From Octopus bimaculoides (Eukaryota), in the NCBI RefSeq assembly GCF_001194135.2, contig NC_068983.1, positions 11,641,035 to 11,705,034 of the forward strand: DNA of 64,000 nucleotides, read 5' to 3'. Both the position numbers and the translations under genes were made by a program. Under the pieces are notes generated by a model. The model worked only from the letters and a program-made list of their open reading frames with translations, did no database searches and was not told the DNA's origin. The first letter of the stretch is position 1. Each line of letters opens with the position of its first letter. Shown piece after piece: positions 52,721 to 64,000 of the stretch.

Positions 52721-55404
52721 TGAATAGATAATGCAGTTGTCAAAAGGTATCTTAAATGAAGACCAGCATTTACTATACAAATATAGTCAACAAAAGCTCT
52801 GCTATTAAGACATTCTAACATAGATTTCTACATAACTGCTGACACCTGGAGTGATGAACTTCTGACAAGAAAACTTGTGAAAAGTATAAAGACATGTTTT
52901 AGTGGAATGTAGTACACCAAAATAATATCTAACTCATTTTACTTCATTTAATAATTGCTACTACTATTTTAAAAACAATGGTTAGCATTTAGGAGAGTAT
53001 TTAATCCAAATATTTTTATAGATGAAATCATATCGATGACATTTTAATATATTATTCTGGCCCTAGTGGCTAATAACAGAAACCATTATTCTTATTATTA
53101 GCATCGTCAAGCTCCCATAGACTGAGCTTTTACAATCACCTTTGCCACATTCTTGGTAATGATATTAAGTTTCTTTCCAGGCTTTAGGTGCAGAGGGCAA
53201 AACTTGGATTTTTTTCTATTCTCAGAATATAAAAGGATATTGTGATTAAGTCTAAAACTATGAAAGAACCAGCCAATGTAGGTTTGGATAAATGACTGGT
53301 CAATGTTTCCCCACCCCAGAATCAGTTAAATTTAAGCAAACTGTAATTACACTGAACATGTTCACTGTAAATATGTTCCTTTCTTCCTTATGAGAAAATA
53401 CTGTTATTTAACAATCTTTATTTGGAACTATTCCATAAAATATATTTGCAAATATCTCAATAAACATGACAAATAATAATAATGTAAATTGATAGTGTGT
53501 TAGTTTCTGATAATCTATAAACAGTCACATGATCCCAGTCGGCTGTTTATTCATTTAATTCATGCCACGTGCTTCACAGAATTTTCTTCCACTAAATTAC
53601 ACTGACTTTATTATAATTATGATAAAAACCATTTCAATTTAAAAACTTGAAAATCAAAATAAGAAACGGTTTTTAATATGTCACTTTTTGTTTCTGTCTG
53701 TTGAGATACATTGAAATGACATTTCAAATTCTTAATTATGTGAAATTGAACATGACTAATTGGGTTATTACTGAGATTAGTTAACTACATGAAAATATTA
53801 GATATTAAATAAGCTAAAAAAAAATTGAGTAATTAAAAAAATAGGCATCAACAAGCTAGAAAATATCTCAAGATTTATTTAGTAAGTCTCCACTAAGCTA
53901 CTTAGAAAGGTGATGTCAGCAGTTTATTAAAGCACCAAAAAGGAAATAAAATTTAGCCCAAGTGTGGAATATGAAGAAAACAAAAACAGAACTGGTCCAC
54001 TGATGTCTCTTTTAAAATGTGTCAATGCATGTAACTGAAATACCATTTCAAACATTGCAGCAGTGCAAATTTACAATAAAAGCATTATTTAAACAGCCAA
54101 ATTGAATTTTCTTATAACTTAATCATAACAAAATAAATAGAAAAATATCAACCCAAACATAATAATCAAAAACACTTTAAAGTGAAGAAACATCAACCAT
54201 AGTACTTTTGGTTTTTATTCTCCAAAGATACAATCTCTGACTTGATTATCATCAAACCAGTGATTGAAATGAAGTGGTTTGAACAAGGTGCATTGAATAA
54301 GGTGCATCAGCTGACTGAATCAGTCACTTAGCTGATGGGTTGTGAGTTTGTATCTTGTCATGCATTAACTGTTCCTAAATCTACTTGCCACAATGCTAAT
54401 AACCATTAGAATACAAAATGCCACAAAGGAGGTTCTTCAATAATCCTTAATGGTCACAGGATATGGTTATGTCTGATACAATGTGACAGAAAATTAAGAA
54501 TTCAGACAATTTAGGATCATGTTATTATTCTTTTATTTTTTTTTTATTTGAATAGTTTTAATGTGTAATTTTCCATGCTTGCATGCTTCAGATAAGACAG
54601 ATTTTATAATAAAAAAAAAATTCAATTTTTAAACAACAGCAAAGTATTAGGGCTCAATTTGAGAAATACAGATTATAAAACAAGCTCAAAGCAGACAACA
54701 ACAACAAAGTGCAAGACTACATCTAATCCATTACATTTGACTGTAAAACTTACAGTGACGTTTTGACCACTGAGATCTTTGACTTCCTTGCCACTCACAG
54801 GTACAGGCTGACAGAATGAATGAGAAAAAGATAAAGGAGTGATGAAAATAAGAAGATAAGCTTAAAAAGAGAAAAATAACTTCAGTGGGGAAAAATAACA
54901 TCATTCAGAGAGTTTGAAAATATATGTGGTTGGTAAGCAAGCTACTTACCACACAGCCACTCCAGCACAATGTGCAGAAGATAAAGGTTAATCACCTAAC
55001 TACAAGAACACCCAGTCCAAAATGCAAGTGACCAGTCTAGACAAGGAGCTATAAAACCAGCATAGATAAATCAGCAATGGCATACTGAGATTTCCTCCAG
55101 CAATGGACCAACAATAGTTAAATAAAATAAAAAGGCATAAAGTTGGTAAATTAGGGGAACAGAGGACATTGTATTGGTATTTGAAAAGCTTCTCTATCAA
55201 ATACACAATATTATTTAGGATATAACGTAGTATGTTTATAATGAATGCATGCTTTTGGATTTATAAACAATTTTCTCTCAAATCGAACTGTACCATTTTC
55301 ATAAAAAAGATATTAAACAATGTGGTCCTATATACAATTGTAGGTTCAGTCCTTAATCAGGGCTGGATTATGATCAGCTTTATCAGCTTTAATGATGTGG
55401 CATC

Positions 55405-55769
55405 GGGAGGCGCAATGGCCCAGTGGTTAGGGCAGCGGACTCGCGGTCATAGGATCGCAGTTTCGATTCCCAGACCGGGCGTTGTGAGTGTTTATTGAGC
55501 GAAAACACCTAAAGCTCCACGAGGCTCCAGCAGGGGATGGTGGCGAACCCTGCTGTACTCTTTCACCACAACTTTCTCTCACTCTTTCTTCCTGTTTCTG
55601 TTGTGCCTGTAATTCAAAGGGTCAGCCTTGTCACACTCTGTGTCACACTGAATATCCCTGAGAACTACGTTAAGGGTACACGTGTCTGTGGAGTGATCAG
55701 CCACTTGCACGTTAATTTCACGAGCAGGATATTTCGTTGATCGGATCAACTGGAACCCTCAAACCCCTC
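55405..55769 (+). mobile_element. Family-C2 SINE with 11-bp TSD
   Basis: C head with a different 3' half. TSD gatgtggcatc at 55394-55404 and 55770-55780. Confidence 0.9.
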
Positions 55770-56294
55770 GATGTGGCATCATCAACAACTGCAGAGACAA
55801 TTGTAAGATATGTGGTAATTTGAGCTTAACCAAAGACCAACCTTGATATGGCGCAGTTAGTAGTTATTTATCTTTTGAAAGTTCCCGAATGCTATTGGTT
55901 TTATTCAGAGAAAAATTTGCACAGGAGTATGGCATCAAAAGCTTCTGAAGATTATACCAAACATTGGACAAGACAGTTCACTACTGATAACTGATAGAGG
56001 AGAAGTCTATGCTAATTTGATACCATTGTTAAAGGTTATCATACATAAAATAATTCCACCTTTTAGATGTGCTAATCTCGGAGCTAATTATGTCTTCAAA
56101 AGAATTGGCAAATGTCTGCAGATAATTAATTACTATGCCAGGTTCAATGTTTGATGTGCATCACTTTGTATTTGATTACATAATCAGAAATTTTTTTTAA
56201 GCCAATATTAACCAAAAAGTTAATGACTGAAAACAGAACATTTTCTCTGCATATTCGTTCATTTTTTTTTTTTTTTTTAGTATATTTTGTATCA

Positions 56295-56511
56295 AAAGTC
56301 AGCGAGCTGGCAGAAACGTTAGCATGCCGGGCAAAATGCTTAGCAGTATTTCGTCTGTGTTAACGTTCTGAGTTCGAATTCCGCTGAGGTCGACTTTGCC
56401 TTTCATTCTTTTGGGGTCAATAAATTAAGTACCAGTTGCATACTGGGGTCAATCTAATCGACTGGTGCCCTCCCCCAGAATTTTGAGCCTTGTGCCTAGA
56501 GTAGAAAAGAA
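56295..56511 (+). mobile_element. Family-E1 SINE with 14-bp TSD
   Basis: TSD tatattttgtatca at 56281-56294 and 56512-56525. Confidence 0.9.
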
Positions 56512-57122
56512 TATATTTTGTATCATAGCCACCAAATTTGACATGAACTATATTGCTATGTTACTATGTATCTATATTGCATTTCAGTTTTCATTTCAGA
56601 AAATGAAGAAAGGTACACAACCTTTCCCAGTTTATTGTATATGCCATATAACTAGCTCAACACATGGCACTTAGAATATAGTTGGATTGTTGTTTATTAA
56701 ACAAATACCTCACTTTAACAAAAAAAAATTTTTTATTTTATTTTAACTATTGATAAAACAAAGTTTGAACTTCCTAGTGTCTAAGATATCGAGGAAGGAG
56801 GGGGGGTTGATATTCAAGCAAATGTAAACAGTGGCACCAACAATGTCACAGTTGGATATATTGGATGAGGGAAAATGATGTTAAAGAGTGCACAATGATA
56901 ATTAGTGGGATTAAAAATTAGGCAAATACAAAGTTAGCTCCAAAGAGTTATAGACCAATATACCATATAAGAAATGTATTGAGAGGATTCAAACTAAAAA
57001 CTATAAAATATTTAACCTGGCACATATTGTTATATAACAATATTGGGTAAATTCAAACTTTCATTAAAAGAGAAATACGTTTTGTAAATATAAAGAAGAA
57101 TGTTCATTAATATTTCAAATAC

Positions 57123-57330
57123 CTTATTCCCACGCATTGTAATTCTGCCACCACATCTGGCACATGATTTTAAGTGACAGTAGTGACAACTATGCCCAAC
57201 ACCATCAGCAAATTTTGTTTTATGGCAGATTTGACAGACAGCACCTTCATCTTGTGGAGTTACTTGTTTGGTTTCCTCACTTAATTTTTTTACTGCTTGT
57301 TGGTAGCTATCAAATTCATCTTGCATTTGT
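57123..57330 (-). CDS. RIMS: RIM (Rab3-interacting molecule/unc-10) internal coding exon, 208 nt, phase 2 to 0: end of helix a1 and most of the FYVE-like Zn finger
   Basis: Translates QMQDEFDSYQQAVKKLSEETKQVTPQDEGAVCQICHKTKFADGVGHSCHYCHLKSCARCGGRITMRGNK, matching the RIM motif CxICHKTKFADGxGHxCxYCxxKxCARCGGR. Acceptor is a poly-T tract plus ttttccAG (57332-57331); donor is AAG|GTATTT. Confidence 0.95.
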
Positions 57331-58377
57331 CTGGAAAAATAATTGAAAAAAAAAAAAGGAGGTGAGAATTGATCTGTAAAAAACATGAATTAAACTAATA
57401 ATTTATCAAATGAAATATTGATCTGTTTTTAATAAATCTGGTACAATACTAAATATATAGGAGTAATTAAGCAATATAATTATTCACTTGTATTTCAGTA
57501 TATTATTGGCATTTAGGCCTGAAAAATATAAGTCAACCAATAAAGCACTTGAATTCTGAATGTGGAAGGACACAACTAAAAACTGTAATTTATTTTACTG
57601 TAGCTTTCTATTATTTTACTTAAATTTCTCTGTTCCTTGCAATAAAATAGCCTTGAAGTACATCAATTCCCATTCTTGAATCATATCACTTTGCTGCTGA
57701 TTATCATATAAAACAGTCAATTACTAAAACATATAGTGTATGCTAAAAGTGTATCAATTTCAAATATTTTGATTCACTTCTGAGAAAAAAAGTACTTTCA
57801 GAAACATCGATAATAGAAGGGAAAAAAACACATGGAGTTAGCACAGAAAAGAACAAAAGTTTCTTTTAACTAAATTGGATTTAGAATAAGGAAAATAAAA
57901 GATGTTGATGACTATGATAGTACAATTCGATATCTTGGAAATATTTTTTTGAGAACTTCATAAAAGCTTCTTTTTCTTTTGTTTAACCTGTGATTTATCC
58001 AAAATATCTCTTTGTACAGATTGCTTCAAACAGAGCTTGTTTTTTAAATTTTTTACTTCAACACAGACATTTCTAAATAACCATTTTCTGAAACATTTTT
58101 CATTGAAATATAAATCAAAAATATTCAGTGCAACTCATATACAATATTCCAATAGAAAATTTGACTGAGTTCTCAGACAACGGTGTGAAATAGCAACAGT
58201 TATTATATAATTTGCAGTTGAGTATTATTGATCCCTATATATAAGATAGTGGAGCTATCACTAAAAGACAACCCAAAGAGAAAGTCAATAAAGTAGTTGT
58301 ATGCTTAATCTGATAGTCCCCTGAAGGGAATAATACTACTGCTAGTTAGACCTAGGAAGCTGCACCATTTCCTGTCA

Positions 58378-58470
58378 GCCTTGACACATTTCCTGTGTCC
58401 TTATGTTTACAAGGGGGAGACAAGCACCTCCACCCTTGTAAACATAAGAACACAGGGAATGTGTCAAAGC
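58378..58470. repeat. 93-nt fold-back hairpin
   Basis: 35-bp arms ttgacacatttcctgtgtccttatgtttacaaggg and cccttgtaaacataagaacacagggaatgtgtcaa (2 differences), with extra outer and inner pairing. Confidence 0.93.
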
Positions 58471-58953
58471 CGTATTATTTCTAAAGAAAGTCAATAATCA
58501 TTTTTGCTGTTTATCTCCGGATTAGCCCCAGCAGAGCAGATTTATGATCAAAAGCATTCCAGTCATGAATGTTCTGTCTTTTATTCAGACAAAATATATC
58601 TAAGAATATGTTATCTAAAGAGCCCTTCCTTTTTAAGACAGAAAGGTTTGGGATGAAAGAAATTCAGTAAGTATTTCTAGCAGACCAAGCAACAATGTGC
58701 AGGCTTTAGATGTTTGGCAAAAGGTCAAATATTCTTGATAGTTCAGTCAGTAACACTAAGGATGCCTTGGTAGGATTTATACTCAGTACTATAAGCCACT
58801 GAACAACTTTTCAGCTAGACAGGCCAATGTTACTAATCTCTATTTTCAGGTACATAAATTCAAAAGAATAATTATGAAGATGGAAACAATGATAGGGATA
58901 ACAGTTAGCAAACAGAACAGATCAAAGTAACTTCTATAGGTTGTGTAGTAGTA

Positions 58954-59015
<62 letters not shown>

Positions 59016-59021
59016 TATAAT

Positions 59022-59599
59022 AAATGCCCTAATAATAAATGTCCTGATGCAGTACCAGGCAGTGGCTCTCATGGCTTCTGATCTTAACTGATTGGAAATG
59101 TTATCATGTTGAGTACATTGTTTGTCTTGGTATAAAAGATGGGCTACAGCAAATATTCTGCTCAATACCACAGATTTGTTTGTCAGTTGCTTGACCTTAA
59201 CTAGTTGAGTATGTCCCTTGGTGGCTGACAATATGTGCATCTCTGATCATGAGCAGAAGTAGTGGGGGAGCATCATAGCCATGTGTTGAGAGGAATTCTT
59301 TGGGGCTTGGATAATTCACCCTTGGAAACATGGGTATTTCATTCCACATCCTTAAACAACCTTTATTCAAGGGCCTTTTGAGCAGGATGGGTTACTCGAC
59401 CTGAAGAAAATTCTAACTGGGTCCCACCTGCAAGGTAATGCACTGTTTATCTTGATATGAGACCACTATGTTGTGCACATATGGTTGAGATGCATGTGCC
59501 TGGTGTACCCTTATCAGACGGGTAGTCATGATAGGTATACTGGGCTTCGTAAATTTTACCCCAGTTTCACTTTGATGGCATGCACTGCTCTCTCACTCA
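59022..59599. mobile_element. ~580-bp non-coding interspersed element embedded in (TAA)n
   Basis: GC-richer block sharply bounded by (TAA)n at 58956-59021 and 59599-59649. No ORF and no TIR. Confidence 0.6.
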
Positions 59600-62500
59600 A
59601 TAATAATGATAATAATTAATAATAATAATAATGATAATAATAATAATAACAAAGAGAGAGAAAGAGAGAGTTTAGCTCAGCCAACTGTTATAGTCAATTA
59701 TAAATCTAGTATAAATAATTTATATTGGGACATACTCTAATCAATAATTATTCTCACTCTGAATAACAAAGATAGCAGTGCTAAATATATTATGATATTA
59801 AGTTTTATTTCTTAAGGTTTTGAGTTCAGCTTTGACTTTTATGATTGTGGAAGACGAAGGAGATGGGGCAATAAAATGAATACCCATAATATACTGGAGT
59901 TGAAACTATATTTTCCCTTACATAAAGCTGAACTTGACAAAGAAAACAATAATTATTCTTCTGAGAAGAATGTTTTCCATTTTAATGATGCTGGAAAGTT
60001 AATTTATTCCTGACTTTGTTAATGAAAAAATTTTTGAAAATGCATATTTGAAAATGATATTCCTAGAATTACACATTGTAATTAACATGCACAGTAATTT
60101 TTTGCACTCTGAGTAAAATGGTAAATGCTTTAATGAAGTAATAAAAGAAAAACTAATAAAAAGAAAACATTTGATGATTCAACTGGTTAACCATTATTGC
60201 AGAAAGAATTTTCTAAGGAATAATCTTTATAGAGAGTAAATCAGCACAATTGACATCACAATAACTTGTTATGCTGTCAGGAAAATCTAATCATATGATT
60301 TCAGAAATTTCTGATAGAAAGAACAGTCTGCTAACAACCACATCAAGCATAAAAAATATTCCTATAATCATAAATATTTAGACCATCCATACCATGACCT
60401 ACTTCTAATGAAAATAGGTCCATTGCAAGAAGGATAACAATTGGTAACAATAAACATGATTTCTCCTACACCAAGAAGAAAAAAAAAAAAGGGAACGTAT
60501 GAAAAATAAAATTTAGCTTGGTAGATCTTAAAATAGGGCTATGATTCAATTGATGGGCTCTGCTTAACAAATAGCTGAGCTGCTAACAGTTTTAACACCA
60601 AATCTTGCCAACTGAGTTTTTCGTTGTTCTGTAACCAGTAACATAAGTACCATAGAGAAGTAAATGGTCAAAATAAGACTAAATCTGATTTGTTAAGTTT
60701 TCTTATTTCTGCTAAGCTATCAACTAGCCACTCACGCTTGAGCTAACAAGGACTACTGTTTCAAAGCAAAAACACAAACATGAATCTTATAACAGTTTCA
60801 TTGACATGACATTAATATAATACCATAATGAACATTGATTTTTATTATTCATACATTAAAAAGTATTCTCTAACTGTGTGTAACACCTAAATTAATGACA
60901 GAAATAATTTAATGTCTGACATTTTGATTTCACTTAAATTAATTTCATTTAAGCTGAACACAAATTGTTACAAAAAGTACTCTTTTTTTTTTTTTATATA
61001 GTGCAGTTGTGTTTTAAGAAGTATGCTTCTAGATCTAATTATTAAACAATTCTTTAATAGCACATCAGCAGCAGTAGAAGCAGCAATTATAGCAGTATTG
61101 ATTGGTACTCTACCATGTTACAAGCACAGTAAGATGTAAACTAGGTGAAATAGGGTTACATGTGAATTTGATTACAATCAACAAAGTAGCGCTTTGCTAC
61201 TGCACCTTCATGTGTATCAAATAAAAGACAGGGAGAAAAAAAGAAAGAAAAAAAAAACAAACACAGGATTTAAACAATTTCTTTTCAATAGGTGCTATAT
61301 AACAAGCTGACAAATAAACATTTACATGCTTGTCTAATTAAAATCCTTGCTTACTATTGAAAATTTTTTGTAAAAGTTTTTCGAATTTATGGATTTTTTT
61401 AAAACACAAAGCCATACACAAGTCGTTTAAAAGTGTTCACATTTTGAATGCACCTCACTCATTAGCCAGGCTTTTAAAAATTCATGCTTAAAGTCCTGCC
61501 TGGTATCCCCAGACATCACAATTTATCTGACTGTATTATAAGGTACATGTAAGTTCTCATAATTTCTCTTCCACCTATTCATCAAGGATGTGCACAGACA
61601 TGCTTGTGTGAACTTAGTTCCTAAATAAATTTATAAGAAGCATTTGATATGTATTTGTGACAAAATAGTTATTTGATACATACAAACATTTGTGTGCTTA
61701 ATTTGCTTGGATAAATTGGCAATATCCTGCTAGTATACTTGCCTAATTATCAAGGATTATATTATTTTCACACACCCCAAGAATGTTTGTTGTAATATTT
61801 TCCTTACTTGCAAATCTTCATAAGTAATTTACAATCTTCACAATGCCATCCAAATTTTTAAGATTTTTTTCTTCTGGATAACTCTATGTTCTCACATTTT
61901 GTCTTCCAGATAAAACTTACATTTTATCTTCCAGACATCTAGTCTTTTTCTTCATACTGTTCAAACAACCTGCCATTAAGTTTCTCTCTCCTGCAAATCT
62001 TAAAGCTACAAATGGTGTCATACTAACAGTAGATATACATAGCTTATTAGCTTATTTTTCAAAGGCATTGACAAGATCAGCTATGAAGACTAGAAACAGC
62101 TGAATAAAGTATTAAGCAGTATAGACCTATTAGATTAATGGTTGTTTAATCAGAGCAAACAGGAAAAAGAAAATTTAGTTTTTCCATAGAGGTTAGCAGT
62201 ATCTCTAAGCATTTTAAAATTTAGTTTAATACAAAGTGCATTGTACAAGACTTTATCCAAAGCTTACTTGATGTTTACTACTATGACACATTCTACTTGG
62301 CAAATTACCAAGTGATTATTTTATGTCTGAAAAAAGCAGTAAGAAGGGCTACCATGCAATGACGTGGAAACCAAATTGTCTGCTTCATATGAGGATGTTC
62401 TAGGATAGGTACCTTGTAGTTGTTTACAGGCTGTGGACTTTATTAACATACAAGGGTTAAGAAAAGTAGAGTAAGAAGCATATGTCAAGAAAGAATTATA

Positions 62501-63227
62501 TCAAAGCAGAATGAGATACAAAAAAAAAATGAGGCTGAAATTGGCAAATGGATCCAAATGTTAACTTTCAGCTGAACATTCTATAGTTTGGGTTTCATTT
62601 TTGACCCTGTGATATGCTTTGTCACTGAACCTTTTCCATATTACAGGTAATAAAATAAAAGAATGAGGTGAATAATAATTGCTGCCCTTAATAATTTGTT
62701 CCTCTTAAGTACTAAGATTAAATCCTCTTGTTTGCAAAAATATAATGAAATTCAGAAATGAGATAAATGTAAATTTTCTTTAAAGAAAAATAGAATAAAT
62801 ATAAAGTTAAGTCAATAATAATACTTTTCAGTAAACCTGCTTCTTTTTTGAAGCTAATATTTAACAATGGAAAGCCAAAAGCAAGAAATCTTAACTATAC
62901 ATCTAGACTAACAACAAAAATGTGACTTTAATGCCACAGAAATCAACTAAAAACACATATGGTAAGACATCCTATGGACACCGCCAAAGAAAACAAAACG
63001 CTTCATAAGAAGGACCATAAAAAGGAAGAATGGAGAAAAGAGACAAAAATGTCTCGGTGATTTGTATCTCATAATTTACTTAACAAGCACAGCCTGGAGT
63101 GAAACAAAACTAATTACTACACCTTGACACTTTCATTATATAATGAAATTTGCAATTTTTTTTTTTTTGTTTACATTTATTTTTCCACTTAGTACGCTAC
63201 CATGAATTGGATAGCTTTGAAACCTAA

Positions 63228-63445
63228 ATATTGGGTTCAAATTTTGGCACAAGGCCAGCAATTTCAGAGAAGGAGCTAAGTCAATTGCAATGACCCTAAT
63301 GCTTGACTGGCACTTATTTTATCAACCCCCAAAAAATGAAAGGCAAAGTTGACCTCAGCAGAATTTGAACTCAGAACATAAAGACAGATGAAATGCCGCT
63401 AAGCATTTTGCCCAGCATGCTAACGATTCTGCCAGCTTGCAGCCT
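63228..63445 (-). mobile_element. Family-E1 SINE
   Basis: Homologous to the 7563 and 56295 copies. Confidence 0.85.
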
Positions 63446-63624
63446 GAATTTGAAATTTAAATATTTGCAGAGGTATTTATAGAGAGCAGCACATAGATGA
63501 TGTTAAGTATTTCCTAAAGTACAATAGTTAGAAAAGATATGAAAGTATAATTTTTGGTTACTAATCCAACTTATTTCCATAAAAGCAACTTTTATAAAAT
63601 CAATTTTATAGTTGCTTGGAAATA

Positions 63625-63830
63625 CTCTCTCTTTTACTTGTTTCAGTTATTTGACTGTGGCCATGCTAGAGCACCACTTTTAGTTGAGAAAATCGACCCC
63701 AGGACTTATTCTTTGTAAGCCTAGTACTTATTCTATCGGTCTCTTTTTGCCAAACCGTTAAGTTATGGGGACGTAAACACACCAGCATCGGTTGTCAAGC
63801 GATGGTGGGGGGACAAACACAGACACACAA

Positions 63831-63868
<38 letters not shown>

Positions 63869-64000
63869 GATGGGCTTCTTTCAGTTTCTGTTTACCAAAT
63901 CCACTCACAAGGCTTTGGTCGGCCCAAGGCTATAGTAGAAGACACTTGCCCAAGGTGTCATGCACTGGGACTGGAGCCAGAACCATGTGGTTGGTAAGCA
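63625..64000 (-). mobile_element. Family-A SINE running to the window end
   Basis: High identity to the other A copies. Confidence 0.92.

Noticed and set aside
59490-59540. CTGATAA hammerhead-like core on the minus strand of the TAA-flanked element
   Set aside because: It does not match CUGANGA and there is no suitably placed GAAA.

Overview
Eukaryotic, AT-rich genomic DNA with five N gaps. The SINE/RTE repeat complement and microsatellite load fit an octopus (coleoid cephalopod) draft genome; this species call is inference from recognised repeats. The only host gene I can support is a RIM/unc-10 (RIMS-like) presynaptic active-zone gene on the minus strand. Two exons are visible (57123-57330 and 44811-45538), encoding the Rab3/Munc13-binding zinc finger and the charged linker behind it. 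I found no other exon, so the rest of the window appears intronic (introns of about 11.6 kb, >44 kb and >6 kb). The introns hold several modular tRNA-derived SINE families (labels A, C, D, E, F are my own), RTE LINE fragments and their 3' UTRs (label B), R4/Dong-like, CR1/Jockey-like and Penelope fossils, a Tc1 mini-element and minisatellites. Best second-look items: a 5S rRNA-SINE chimera inside one 16-bp TSD; a 578-bp Tc1 derivative with both TIRs that encodes only the DNA-binding domain; a frame-symmetric RIM exon pair bracketed by inverted SINEs (circRNA candidate); long intronic fold-backs that pair well on the pre-mRNA strand (ADAR or small-RNA candidates); (TAA)n-associated retroelements; and two ~190-bp local duplications fused to truncated retroposon ends. 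No prokaryotic systems (CRISPR etc.) are present. Most ORF-track entries are microsatellite, gap or SINE artefacts.
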